NCBI GenBank assembly: GCA_965223345.1
Contig: CBDCWG010000012.1
Coordinates: 1,216,001 to 1,280,000 of the forward strand
Direction: 5' to 3'
Source: Nitrospinales bacterium
GTDB taxonomy: Bacteria; Nitrospinota; Nitrospinia; Nitrospinales; VA-1
Length of the DNA: 64,000 nt
Positions within the stretch are counted from its first letter, which is position 1. Every line of letters begins with the position of its first letter. A program made the position numbers and the translations under genes. The notes under the pieces are model-generated. The model saw nothing but the letters and a program-made list of their open reading frames with translations, did no database searches and had not been told where the DNA came from. This document shows positions 39,419-49,341 of the stretch, piece after piece.

Positions 39419-40543
39419 ATGGCGTACAAGGATTTTCTGCTGCCCGAACCTTTGCAGCCCGGCAAGAAAAAACAGAAGGACGAAATCCTGCAGACCCGGA
39501 TTTCCCATCACGATTTCGGCGAAATCAAGGATGTGGCGGATCTGGTGGAATCGTTTCAATCCGGTTCGATCCAGGCCCGCAACATCGGTCTCTGCGCCAA
39601 TGTGTATAAAAAAATGCTGACCGACGAGGAGCGGCCGACCATTATTCTGGGGCTTGCGGGTCCTCTGATCGCCGCGGGTCTCAGAAAAGTCATCCGGGAC
39701 ATGGTGCACCACAACATGGTGGATGTGATCGTCTCCACCGGTGCGATTTTGTATCAGGATTTCTACGCCGCCCAGGGTGGCGGCCACTATCTGGGCAGCC
39801 CGCATGCGGACGATAAAAAACTGCGGGATCTTTTCATCAACCGCATCTACGACACCTATGTGGATGAGGAGTTGTTCGCGGAGTACGACACGCTGATCGG
39901 CAACTTTGCAGGGACCCTGCCGCCGAGAAGTTATTCGAGCCGGGAATTTCTACACAAATTATCCGAGACCGTTGACGATGAGGAATCGATCCTCGTCACC
40001 GCGCGCAAGAAAGGGGTGCCGGTTTTCTGCCCGGCGCTCAACGATTCGAGCATCGGCATCGGGCTCACCGAACATTATTACGTCTGCCGCAAGGAAGGCC
40101 GCACACCCATCACGATCGATGCGATCCGCGACAACTACGAGCTGACGCAGGCGGTGGTGAAATCGGCGCGCACGGCGGCGTTTTATGTGGCCGGCGGGGT
40201 GCCGAAAAACTACATCAACGATTCCATCGTCATGTCCTACATCTTCGGGGAATACACCGGCGGGCACAAATACGCCCTGCAGATGACCGCCGACGCCCCG
40301 CACTGGGGCGGGTTGAGCGGCAGCACCCTGGCGGAAGCGCAGTCCTGGGGCAAGGTCAACAAGGAGGCGAATTTCGCGATGGCCTTCGTCGAACCCAGTG
40401 TGTCGATGCCCCTGGTGTTCGGTCACGCCTACCAGAGGGGCTACGCGAAAAACCGAGCGGAGCTGGAATTTATCTGGGAAGAGGACCGCCTGAAGGAATT
40501 GAACGTCGTTTCTCCCGCCCACGCCGCATCCCGCAACGGCTGA
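39419..40543 (+). CDS. Deoxyhypusine synthase-like protein (possibly a homospermidine synthase)
   Basis: INRIYD, PALNDSSIG, GGVPKN, GGLSGSTLAEAQSWGK. Confidence 0.9.
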   Translation: MAYKDFLLPEPLQPGKKKQKDEILQTRISHHDFGEIKDVADLVESFQSGSIQARNIGLCANVYKKMLTDEERPTIILGLAGPLIAAGLRKVIRDMVHHNMVDVIVSTGAILYQDFYAAQGGGHYLGSPHADDKKLRDLFINRIYDTYVDEELFAEYDTLIGNFAGTLPPRSYSSREFLHKLSETVDDEESILVTARKKGVPVFCPALNDSSIGIGLTEHYYVCRKEGRTPITIDAIRDNYELTQAVVKSARTAAFYVAGGVPKNYINDSIVMSYIFGEYTGGHKYALQMTADAPHWGGLSGSTLAEAQSWGKVNKEANFAMAFVEPSVSMPLVFGHAYQRGYAKNRAELEFIWEEDRLKELNVVSPAHAASRNG

Positions 40544-40576
40544 GAGGATAAAACCGGATCCTTGCGGTTTTTCTTG

Positions 40577-41704
40577 CTACTCGTTCATATCCAGATAGAC
40601 GTTCACCGCATCGATTTCCTGCGCTTCGATCAGACTTGTTTTGATGTCATCGAGTTGTGATTGTGCCTGCTCAAGGCTTGCCGTGTTTTTCACACGCAGA
40701 AACAGATCGACGATCGTCTTGCCCTTGATGTGGTGCACGCGCATTCCCGTTTTCTCCAGCCAGTCGCTTTCCGGTTCCAGCAAGGGATCGACGATGTTTT
40801 TCAGATCCTCGCGTGTCGCAGGGAAGATCGGCTCGATGGCATCGTCCGCCTCGGCATCGACGTGCACCAGCACGTCCTGGAGATTGTCGAACTCCTTGAT
40901 GAGATTGCGCCGCACCCTTTCTGCGATGGTGTGCCCTTCGGTCACGGTGAGGTCGTGGTCGACCTGGATGTGCACGTCCATCATGATCTCACCGCCCACC
41001 CGCCGCGTGCGCAGATCGTGGTAGCGGACGACCTCGGGAATACCGTCGATGACATCCTGAATTCTCCGGATTTTTTTCTCGCTCAGTCCGGTGTCCATCA
41101 GATCGCGGAACCCGCCGACGAAAATTTCAAACCCGAATTTCAGGATCATGAGGGCCACCACGATGCCGGCCACAGGATCCAGAATGGGATATCCCAGCAA
41201 CGCTCCGCTGATTCCCGCCAGCGCCGCCACCGAGGAGAGGGCGTCGGACCGATGGTGCCAGGCGTTCGCGACAACGGAAGGGCTGTTGGTTTCCTCTCCC
41301 ACTTTGACGGTGTATTGAAAGAGCCCTTCGTTGACCAGGATGGAAACGATCGCTGCGGCTGCGGCCAGCCAGGTGGGAATGTGCTCTGACCCGCTTTCGA
41401 TGACCTCCCAGGCTTCCAGTCCGATGCCGATTGCCGCCACAATGATCATGCTGCCCACCAGCGTGGCGCCGATTGTCTCGGCACGGCCATGACCGTAAGG
41501 GTGGTCGTCGTCGGCCGGCATCATGCCTATTTTATGTGAGGTGAGAACGACAAAATCGGTGACCAGGTCGGACAACGAATGCAGCGCATCGGCGATCATC
41601 GCCGTGCTCAGTCCCAGCCAGCCCCCGACGAACTTGATCGCCGAGAGGAAGAGGTTGGCGGCTGCGCCCACCAGGGTCACTTTGATTCCGGGTGAAAGAG
41701 GCAT
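40577..41704 (-). CDS. Cation diffusion facilitator transporter (FieF-like)
   Basis: ADALHSLSD, HPYGHGRAE, AWHHRSD, DVHIQVD, LVHVD. Confidence 0.93.
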   Translation of the reverse strand: MPLSPGIKVTLVGAAANLFLSAIKFVGGWLGLSTAMIADALHSLSDLVTDFVVLTSHKIGMMPADDDHPYGHGRAETIGATLVGSMIIVAAIGIGLEAWEVIESGSEHIPTWLAAAAAIVSILVNEGLFQYTVKVGEETNSPSVVANAWHHRSDALSSVAALAGISGALLGYPILDPVAGIVVALMILKFGFEIFVGGFRDLMDTGLSEKKIRRIQDVIDGIPEVVRYHDLRTRRVGGEIMMDVHIQVDHDLTVTEGHTIAERVRRNLIKEFDNLQDVLVHVDAEADDAIEPIFPATREDLKNIVDPLLEPESDWLEKTGMRVHHIKGKTIVDLFLRVKNTASLEQAQSQLDDIKTSLIEAQEIDAVNVYLDMNE

Positions 41705-41759
41705 CGTTTATCCGATCTGGTTCAGAATTAAATTCAACGGTGGTGAAAAGACAGTCTCT

Positions 41760-42878
41760 TCACTCTTTGCGGTTTTTTTTAGCGTGCGTGCGGGCCGGGT
41801 GTCCGTTCTGCCGCAATTTGTCCAGAATTTTAGCATTCGCAGCGGGAAAAGGATATCGATCCATCTCCGCAAGCGGCACCCATTTCCAGGCATCGCAGCT
41901 GGTCGGGCGCAGCCTGCCTTTTGTCAGCGTGCAGAGAAAAACGTGCAGCGTGACGCGAAACTGCGTGTAGCTGTGTTTGACCGTCATGAATTTTTCCTTG
42001 AGGCTGACTTCGACGCCGAGTTCCTCGCGGATTTCCCGCACCAGGCCGTCTTCCGGCGTTTCCTGCTTTTCTATTTTGCCGCCGGGAAATTCCCACAGGC
42101 CGCCCATCAATCCCTTCTGCGGCCGTTTCTGGATGTAGATCTTGCCGTTGCGGCGGATCACCGCGGCGCTCACCGTGATTTTTTTTGTCGGCGTCCGGAT
42201 TTTCGCCGGCGGATAGCGCTCCTGCACGCCCTGCTTTTTCGCCTCACACGCTGTGTGCACCGGGCACAACAGACAAAGCGGGTTCTGCGGCAGGCAGAGC
42301 GTGGCTCCCAACTCCATCACAGCCTGATTGAAATCCCCGGCGCGGCGGCCGGGGATGAGTCGCTCGGCGGTCTGCCAGAGCTTGTTTTCGGACGCTTTGT
42401 TCTGGCCGTTTTCATCGAGGCAGAACCAGCGGGACAGCACCCGCTTGACGTTGCCGTCGAGGACCGGAATGCTTTTGTCGTGAGCGATGCTCAAAACGGC
42501 GCCGGCGGTGTAGCGCCCCACACCGGGGAGCGTCAGGATCGCATCGAGGGTGTTGGGAACGTCGCCAGCGTGATCTTTGACGATCTGTTTTGCAGCGCGG
42601 TGCAGGTTGCGGGCGCGCGAGTAATAGCCCAGGCCTTCCCACAGCTTGAGCACGCGCGCTTCGCGCGCCGCCGCGAGTTTGTGAACGGTGGGGAACGCGG
42701 CGACCCAGCGCTCGTAATAGGGAATCACGGTCTTGACCTGGGTCTGCTGCAGCATCATTTCCGAAACCAGGATGCGATACGGGTCCCGGGTGTCGCGCCA
42801 GGGCATGGAACGCTTTTCCCGATCGAACCAGTCGAGCAGGTTTTTCTGTAGCGTGGCGATCGATTTGGCTGAGAGCAT
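41760..42878 (-). CDS. mutY: A/G-specific adenine glycosylase with a C-terminal Nudix domain
   Basis: SEMMLQQTQV, GLGYYSRARNLH, LPGVGRYTA, 4Fe-4S motif CLPQNPLCLLCPVHTAC. Confidence 0.95.
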   Translation of the reverse strand: MLSAKSIATLQKNLLDWFDREKRSMPWRDTRDPYRILVSEMMLQQTQVKTVIPYYERWVAAFPTVHKLAAAREARVLKLWEGLGYYSRARNLHRAAKQIVKDHAGDVPNTLDAILTLPGVGRYTAGAVLSIAHDKSIPVLDGNVKRVLSRWFCLDENGQNKASENKLWQTAERLIPGRRAGDFNQAVMELGATLCLPQNPLCLLCPVHTACEAKKQGVQERYPPAKIRTPTKKITVSAAVIRRNGKIYIQKRPQKGLMGGLWEFPGGKIEKQETPEDGLVREIREELGVEVSLKEKFMTVKHSYTQFRVTLHVFLCTLTKGRLRPTSCDAWKWVPLAEMDRYPFPAANAKILDKLRQNGHPARTHAKKNRKE

Positions 42879-42930
42879 GGATGAATTTGAAGAACGCGCC
42901 GGCAGGCAACGAGGGTCGATCCGGAATTCG

Positions 42931-43569
42931 TCAGACGCCGATGGCGTCCTTGCTCCAGATCACCTTGTGCAGCTGGGTCTGCAGACGCACGGGCAGGTTG
43001 TCTTTAAGGATCCATTCGGCCAGATCCTTGAGATTGAGTTTGTCGTAGACAGGAGAAAACAGAACGCGGGTTTTTTCGTTGAGTTTGTACTTTTCTAAAA
43101 TGCCCTTGCTCCATTGGTAATCCTTGCGGTCGAGAATGACGAACTTCACTTCGTCGCTGGCGTTCAGATACTCGAGGTTCGCGAAATCGTTTTTTTCGCA
43201 CTCGCCGCTTCCGGGACATTTCAGGTCCATGATCTTGATCACCGCATCGGGCACGTCTTTTACGGACAACGATCCGCCGGTTTCCAGCAGAACGCGGTGC
43301 CCCTTCTCCAGCAGCCGCCGCATCAGCGGGACGGCTTCCTTCTGCGCCAGCGGTTCGCCGCCGGTTATCTCCACGAGCGGGGTGTCGTAGGCGGCCACCG
43401 CGGCGACCACCGCATCGAGGCTCATGTCCTTGCCTTCATAAAACGCGTGCTCGGTGTCGCACCAGGTGCAGCGCAGGTTGCAGCCGGTGAGCCGCACAAA
43501 CACGCAGGGCAGTCCGGTGTGCGTCGATTCGCCCTGGATGCTCTTGTAAATTTCGTGGATCTTCAGCAT
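42931..43569 (-). CDS. queE: 7-carboxy-7-deazaguanine synthase (radical SAM)
   Basis: IYKSIQGE, RLTGCNLRCTWCDT, TGGEPL, QLHKVIW. Confidence 0.92.
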   Translation of the reverse strand: MLKIHEIYKSIQGESTHTGLPCVFVRLTGCNLRCTWCDTEHAFYEGKDMSLDAVVAAVAAYDTPLVEITGGEPLAQKEAVPLMRRLLEKGHRVLLETGGSLSVKDVPDAVIKIMDLKCPGSGECEKNDFANLEYLNASDEVKFVILDRKDYQWSKGILEKYKLNEKTRVLFSPVYDKLNLKDLAEWILKDNLPVRLQTQLHKVIWSKDAIGV

Positions 43570-43701
43570 GCCTGCTCGCCGCGAGAATGAGACGGTTGAA
43601 TTCTACACGATTCTACAACAACCGCGCCGGGGGATCATCCCCAAGGCCTGGGCAGGAATCAATGGTGAGCGCTTAACAGGCGGTATTACAGCGGTTTGTG
43701 T

Positions 43702-44085
43702 CTACTGGATGCTGACCACACCCGCCGAGTTGATGGCGTAGGTGTTGGAGCTTGCGGTGTGCGAAGCGGTCACGGCAAAGCTGGGCTCGGAGGCGTTGTT
43801 AAAAACGAGCGTCACGTTCGGAGACTGCACGTAGCCGAAAGTAGCGGAAGAGGCCACCGCGAGCGTGCAGTTGGGCGTGCCGGTCGCATCGGCCCAGTAG
43901 GCTTTGCAGACTTTGAAGATGTTCGTGAGATCGGATTTCGCGAGCGAATCGTAGCTGCGCAGTTTGTACTCGGTGAAGCGGGGAATGGCGATGGCCGCCA
44001 GAATGCCGATGATGCCGATCACGATCAACAATTCAATCAGAGTGAACCCTTTGGTGTTCTTCAGATATTTCGAGTTGAATGCCAT
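43702..44085 (-). CDS. Type IV pilin
   Basis: Prepilin cleavage site KG/FTLIELLIVIGIIGILAAIAIP. Confidence 0.92.
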   Translation of the reverse strand: MAFNSKYLKNTKGFTLIELLIVIGIIGILAAIAIPRFTEYKLRSYDSLAKSDLTNIFKVCKAYWADATGTPNCTLAVASSATFGYVQSPNVTLVFNNASEPSFAVTASHTASSNTYAINSAGVVSIQ

Positions 44086-44164
44086 TGTCTGCACCGAGTG
44101 AGTCGCCCCCTTCAGGAAGGCGTTTGGGCCGATTGTGTGATTTTGTGATTTGTATCACATAAGG

Positions 44165-44180
44165 TGCAAGTCCGATACCA
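44165..44180 (-). promoter_or_regulatory. Sigma54 (-24/-12) promoter of the pilin gene
   Basis: Minus strand TGGTAT-CGGAC-TTGCA (GG-N10-GC), 80 nt upstream of the pilin ATG. Confidence 0.7.
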
Positions 44181-44426
44181 AACGGCGAAAGTGAGTGCAG
44201 AAAAGCACAAGGGAGGGATTTACAGTTGATTATTTTTTACGCTCGAGTGGCAAAAATGGGAAAGATCGGCAAATATTGTCTTGATTGACAATTTTTGTAG
44301 GGCGATTGCACGGTTTTATACCCTTTTTGGGGCAGTTTCCTGTGAAAATACAGGGTGACGCAACCGGGACAGGGGCCGGGCGGGCCATTGCACAATAAAG
44401 TGCGGTTTTTCAGTGGTTTTGGTTGT

Positions 44427-45863
44427 TCAGGAGGTGACGCCCAGGCGGCTGGTGAGGATTTTCGTGCCCATTCGCGCTTTGGCGGTGAAATCCGCCCAGG
44501 AGCGCACTTTGGCGATCTGTTTCATGATGTAGGTGGGCTGGCGGTAAAAGCGGCTGTGGCATTCGTCCTGGATGGCGCGCAGCTCCTCCTCGGAAAAATC
44601 GCGGTTCCAGAAGCGGATTTTGAATTCGGGCGTGGGGTTCTCCGCGAACCGCTGCCAGTAGTCCTCGGGCACGATGCCCTCCCTAAGCATCTGAAAATAC
44701 AATTCGGTTTTCGGGTAGGGCGTGCAGATGGAGAACTGCGCGTAATCCGGCTTCAGCTTCTTGGCGAAGTCCACGGTGTGCATCATCTCCTCGCGCGTCT
44801 CGTGCGGGATGCCGATCATCATGTAGGCGAAAAAACCGATCCCGGCTTTTTTCGTCATGCGGCAGGCGCGCAGCACCTTCTCCGGCGTCTGGCCTTTTTG
44901 CAGGTATTTTAAATGTCGCGGCGTCGCAGACTCGATGCCGTAGTGGATGCGGTAGCAGCCGGAACGCCTGAGGGCGCGCAGGATGTCTTCGTTCACCGTG
45001 TCCACCCGCGCCGATATCTTGTAATGGATCTTGAGTCCGCGCTTGACGATGCGGTCGCAGATGGCGAGCACGTTTTTCTTGTCGATGGTGATGGTGTCGT
45101 CCACGAAAAAAAGATCGTCCACACCCTGCTCCACCAGCTCCTCGATCTCGCCCACCACGCTCTCGGGCGAGCGTATGCGGAACTGGGTCTTGCGGATGTC
45201 GCAGAACGAGCAGGCGGCCGGGCATCCGCGCGTCGCCTGCAGCGTGAAGAACTGCCGTCCCTCGCCGATGATGTGCTGGTACTGCGAAACGTCCACCAGA
45301 TGCCGTGCCGGGTTGGGCAGCGTGTCGAGATCGACGAGATCGGTGCGCGCCGCATTGATCTGCGGCACGCCGTCTTGTTTCCAGCCCAGCCCCAGGACCG
45401 TTTCAAGGCGCGGCGAATCCATCCCGTCTTCTTCGAGAACCTGTGCGAACTCGGTGAAGATGGGTTCGCCTTCGCCGAACACCACGTAGTCGATTTCCGG
45501 TTGCGCCAGGGTTTCTTTCGGATACAGGTTGACGTGCGGGCCGCCGAGGCAGATTTTGAGGCCGGGGTTTTCGCGCTTGAGGGCGCGGGCGGCCTGAAGC
45601 GCGTCGAGCAGGTTGAAGGTCATGATGCTCATGGCCACCAGATCCGGCTGGATGGCGCGTACCCGCTCCAGGAGTTGCGCCTCGGACACGTTTTCCGGCG
45701 GGCAGTCGATGAACACCGGCCGCCGGCCCGAGGCGCGCTCGTAGTGGGCGGCCACGTACAACAGCCCGAGCTTGGGATAGTACCCCTTGCCGCCTTCCAG
45801 GGCCTTGGGAATCGACGAATCCAAAGACAGGGTCTCTGGCGGAACCAGGAATAAGATTTTCAT
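44427..45863 (-). CDS. B12-binding domain radical SAM protein
   Basis: PKLGLLYVAA, GGPH, GEGE, TRGCPAACSFC. Confidence 0.92.
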   Translation of the reverse strand: MKILFLVPPETLSLDSSIPKALEGGKGYYPKLGLLYVAAHYERASGRRPVFIDCPPENVSEAQLLERVRAIQPDLVAMSIMTFNLLDALQAARALKRENPGLKICLGGPHVNLYPKETLAQPEIDYVVFGEGEPIFTEFAQVLEEDGMDSPRLETVLGLGWKQDGVPQINAARTDLVDLDTLPNPARHLVDVSQYQHIIGEGRQFFTLQATRGCPAACSFCDIRKTQFRIRSPESVVGEIEELVEQGVDDLFFVDDTITIDKKNVLAICDRIVKRGLKIHYKISARVDTVNEDILRALRRSGCYRIHYGIESATPRHLKYLQKGQTPEKVLRACRMTKKAGIGFFAYMMIGIPHETREEMMHTVDFAKKLKPDYAQFSICTPYPKTELYFQMLREGIVPEDYWQRFAENPTPEFKIRFWNRDFSEEELRAIQDECHSRFYRQPTYIMKQIAKVRSWADFTAKARMGTKILTSRLGVTS

Positions 45864-45955
45864 GGGAACGAAGCGGGAATTTGCTTAGAATCGGGACGTC
45901 GCCGGCCGCTGTATCAGGCCGGCTGCCGAATGATGCACTCTCAAAATAGGAAACG

Positions 45956-46933
45956 ATGCCTGTGAAACCCGTTGTCACCGTCACCAATATCTTTCCCGAG
46001 ACCGCGTTGGAGAAACTCGCGCCCCATTGCGACCTCAAGACCAACTACAGCGAAACGCCGCCGAGCCCGGAACAGCTGAAACAGTCCTTCTCCGAGAGCC
46101 AGGCGGTGATCACCTACTTATCGGACAAAATCGGACCGGACATGATCGACGCCGGTGAGAATCTCAAAATAATCGCCAACTACGGCGCGGGTTTCAACAA
46201 CATCGACGTGGCGCATGCGGCGAAGCGCGGCGTCTACGTGACCAACACGCCCGGCGTGCTGCACGAAACCACGGCGGACCTCACCTGGGCCATGCTTCTG
46301 GCGGTGGCGCGGCAGATCGTGCCTTCCGACGCCTACACGCGCGAGGGCAAGTTCAAGGGCTGGCAGGCGAAGCTGTTTCTCGGTAGCGACGTGCACGGCA
46401 AAACGCTGGGCGTCGTGGGCTGCGGCGAGATCGGCAAGGCGGTGGCGCGCCGGGCTCTGGGCTTCAGCATGCGGGTCTTGTACCACCAGCGCAAACGCCT
46501 GCCCGAGGCGGAGGAAAAACAGTTGAACGCCGAATTCGTGCCGCTGGATACGCTGCTGAAAGAATCCGATTACGTGACGCTGCACGTGCCGCTCACCGCC
46601 GAGACGCGCTACCTGATCGCGGCGGAGCAGCTCGGTCTTATGAAGCCGACGGCGTACCTCATCCACACCGCGCGCGGCAAGGTGGTGGACGATCAGGCGC
46701 TGCTGGAAGCGCTGCGCGAAAACAAAATCGCCGGCGCGGCGCTGGATGTGTACGAGAACGAACCGGAACTCACGCCCGGCATGACCGAGTTGGACAACCT
46801 GCTCTTGCTGCCGCACATCGGCAGCGCCAGCTTCGAGACGCGCGACCGCATGGCGTTGCTGGTCGCCGACAACGTGCTCGATGCGCTGAACGGGAAAACG
46901 CCGCGCAGCCTCGTGCCGGGGTGGAAGCGGTAG
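45956..46933 (+). CDS. D-isomer 2-hydroxyacid dehydrogenase (glyoxylate/D-glycerate reductase type)
   Basis: VTNTPGVL, GCGEIG, ARGKVVD, LDVYENEP, PHIGSA. Confidence 0.92.
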   Translation: MPVKPVVTVTNIFPETALEKLAPHCDLKTNYSETPPSPEQLKQSFSESQAVITYLSDKIGPDMIDAGENLKIIANYGAGFNNIDVAHAAKRGVYVTNTPGVLHETTADLTWAMLLAVARQIVPSDAYTREGKFKGWQAKLFLGSDVHGKTLGVVGCGEIGKAVARRALGFSMRVLYHQRKRLPEAEEKQLNAEFVPLDTLLKESDYVTLHVPLTAETRYLIAAEQLGLMKPTAYLIHTARGKVVDDQALLEALRENKIAGAALDVYENEPELTPGMTELDNLLLLPHIGSASFETRDRMALLVADNVLDALNGKTPRSLVPGWKR

Positions 46934-46971
46934 ACTTCGTCTGAAAAAATGATCCTCTCTACTCGATTCCT

Positions 46972-47913
46972 ATGAGTTTTCAAAGAATCCGGCGTTTGGC
47001 TGTCAAGCTGTTCGGCAATATCAAAAGCGTTGTGTTTCATTTGATTTATTTTGTCGTCGAGGTTCCCTGGAACTCCTACAACCGGTATCTGAAGAAACGC
47101 AACCTGAAAAACCTGCGGATCCAGTTTCCCATCATAAACTCGGTCAGCTTCAATCATGTCGATTTTTTAATTTATCTTGAAAAAAAGGGAATCATCGAGG
47201 AAATGATTCTTCGAGAGGGTTCCTACGAAGGTGAGTTGTTGAAAGTTGCGGATCGCTTTATCCGGGAAAAAACGATCATCATCGATGTGGGCGCGAATAT
47301 CGGATTTGAAAGTTTGTATTTTTCAAAAAAGTATCCAGATAACCTTGTGCTGAGCTATGAGCCGACTTCATTTGCCTACGGTTGTTTGATCAGATCCAAA
47401 CAGATCAATGATCTGGGCAATTTGAAAATTTACAAGATGGGAGTGGGAGCGGCGCAGGGAAAAGTTGAAATTCATTCACCCACACACGCAACCTACAACA
47501 AGGGCTTGGCTTCGATCGGAAAAAATTTCGACATCGACGACACGTTCGTTAAGGAAACGATCGATATGGTTTGCCTGGACGAGCATGTCCAGCATGACCT
47601 GAGGGTGTCATTCATTAAAATCGACGTTCAGGGTTATGAAGAAAATGTGCTCAAGGGAGCCATCAAGCTCATTGAAAAAGACCGGCCCGTTGTTGTTTTT
47701 GAGCAAAATGACCGTTACCACACTTCTGCATTGGAAGTGAGAAGAAATATCGAATCGATTTTTTCTTGCAGGAATTATGAGCTTTATCTCATTCGATGCG
47801 GAAACACGCTGCGGCCTTACAGTTTGCTCGAAAAAATAAATTTCACCTCCGACAAAGAAATCAACGGCGACGTCATTGCCGTGCCAATCGATTCAGCAAT
47901 CGAATCGCCTTAA
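46972..47913 (+). CDS. FkbM family methyltransferase
   Basis: IDVGANIG, YEP, IKIDVQGYEENVLKG. Confidence 0.9.
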   Translation: MSFQRIRRLAVKLFGNIKSVVFHLIYFVVEVPWNSYNRYLKKRNLKNLRIQFPIINSVSFNHVDFLIYLEKKGIIEEMILREGSYEGELLKVADRFIREKTIIIDVGANIGFESLYFSKKYPDNLVLSYEPTSFAYGCLIRSKQINDLGNLKIYKMGVGAAQGKVEIHSPTHATYNKGLASIGKNFDIDDTFVKETIDMVCLDEHVQHDLRVSFIKIDVQGYEENVLKGAIKLIEKDRPVVVFEQNDRYHTSALEVRRNIESIFSCRNYELYLIRCGNTLRPYSLLEKINFTSDKEINGDVIAVPIDSAIESP

Positions 47914-47937
47914 GTTGCTTGAAGTTGATTGCTTGCA

Positions 47938-49035
47938 TCAAACATTAAACCGAAAGTGCATGATGTCGCCGTCCTGCACGATGTAGGTCTTTCCTTCGAT
48001 ACGCAATTTCCCTGCGTCCTTGATCGCCTGTTCGGTTTTGTACTCCAGCAGGTCGTCGTAGTTGTACACTTCGGCGCGGATGAAGCCTTTCTCGAAATCG
48101 GTGTGGATGACGCCGGCGGCTTTCGGGGCGGGCTGGTTTTTCCTCAGCGTCCAGGCGCGGTTCTCCTTGCCGCCCACGGTGAAAAAGGTCACCAGGTCGA
48201 GCAGCGCGTAACCGGCCTTGATCATGATGTCGAGCCCGGTCTCGGTGATCCCCATCTCCTGCATGAAGTCCTTGCGTTCCTCGGGGTCTTCGATTTCCAT
48301 GATCTCGTTTTCCAGTTGACCGCACAGGGCGACGACCTGTGAGTTTTCGCTTTGTGCGAGTTTCTTCACCGCCTGCACCCGTTCGCATTCGCCGTCCGCC
48401 GGGTCGCCGATATTGCACACGTACAATACCGGTTTGGCGGTCAGCAGGTTTAAGGATTTGACGAAACGGATTTCCTCGTCCTTACTCCAGGTCAGCGTGC
48501 GCGCCGGGTCGCCGTTGTTGAGCGCTTCGATGATTCTTTCCAGGCAGGCGGTCTGAAAGCGCGCCTCGGCGTCGCCGCTCTTTGCGGTCTTGGCGAGTTT
48601 GGTGCGGCGGCGTTCCAGCGATTCCAGATCGGCGATCATCAGTTCGGTGTTGATCACTTCGATGTCGGACAAAGGATCGATTTTGTTGCTGACGTGCTGC
48701 ACGTTGTCGTCCTCGAAACAGCGGACGACGTGCGCGATGGCGTCGGTCTCGCGGATGTTGCCGAGAAACTGGTTGCCCAGCCCTTCACCTTTGGAGGACC
48801 CTTTGATGAGCCCGGCGATGTCCACGAACTCCAGCGTGGTGTGCACGGTTTTTTTCGCCGGTACCAGCTCGTCGATGCGGTCCAGACGCTCGTCCGGCAC
48901 CGCCACGATGCCGTTGACCGGTTCGATGGTGGCGAAAGCGTAATTGCCGATTTCCCCCCCTGCCCGGGTGAGGGCGTTGAAGATGGTGGATTTGCCGACG
49001 TTGGGCAGGCCGACCAGGCCACAGGTGAAGCCCAT
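47938..49035 (-). CDS. ychF: Redox-regulated ATPase YchF
   Basis: GLPNVGKST, DIAGL, HTDFEKGFIRAEV, YIVQDGD. Confidence 0.97.
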   Translation of the reverse strand: MGFTCGLVGLPNVGKSTIFNALTRAGGEIGNYAFATIEPVNGIVAVPDERLDRIDELVPAKKTVHTTLEFVDIAGLIKGSSKGEGLGNQFLGNIRETDAIAHVVRCFEDDNVQHVSNKIDPLSDIEVINTELMIADLESLERRRTKLAKTAKSGDAEARFQTACLERIIEALNNGDPARTLTWSKDEEIRFVKSLNLLTAKPVLYVCNIGDPADGECERVQAVKKLAQSENSQVVALCGQLENEIMEIEDPEERKDFMQEMGITETGLDIMIKAGYALLDLVTFFTVGGKENRAWTLRKNQPAPKAAGVIHTDFEKGFIRAEVYNYDDLLEYKTEQAIKDAGKLRIEGKTYIVQDGDIMHFRFNV

Positions 49036-49169
49036 GAGGTTCCTTTCTAAGAATCGGGCGCGCTGCGCTCAGCGGCGGCGCGCTTTTGAAAATGTCTGAA
49101 ATTGTACACTTTTTGTTAAAAAAAACCGGTTGAGCGGAAACAACCCGCGAATATTCAATCCGTTTGGTT

Positions 49170-49185
49170 TGGCATAATGCTTGCT
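49170..49185 (+). promoter_or_regulatory. Putative sigma54 promoter
   Basis: TGGCAT-AATGC-TTGCT in the intergenic region. Confidence 0.6.
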
Positions 49186-49341
49186 GATTTAGGAGCAGGA
49201 AAGAGGTGCTGCGGTTTGGGGCCGGGTTTTCAAGGCGAAAGCCGGTCCGGGGCACTCGGGTCCTGACTGATGCGGTCATTATAGCAGACTGCGTTGCCCG
49301 CGGGCCTTTGCGGATTCATTTCAACGGATACGGAGCGGTTC

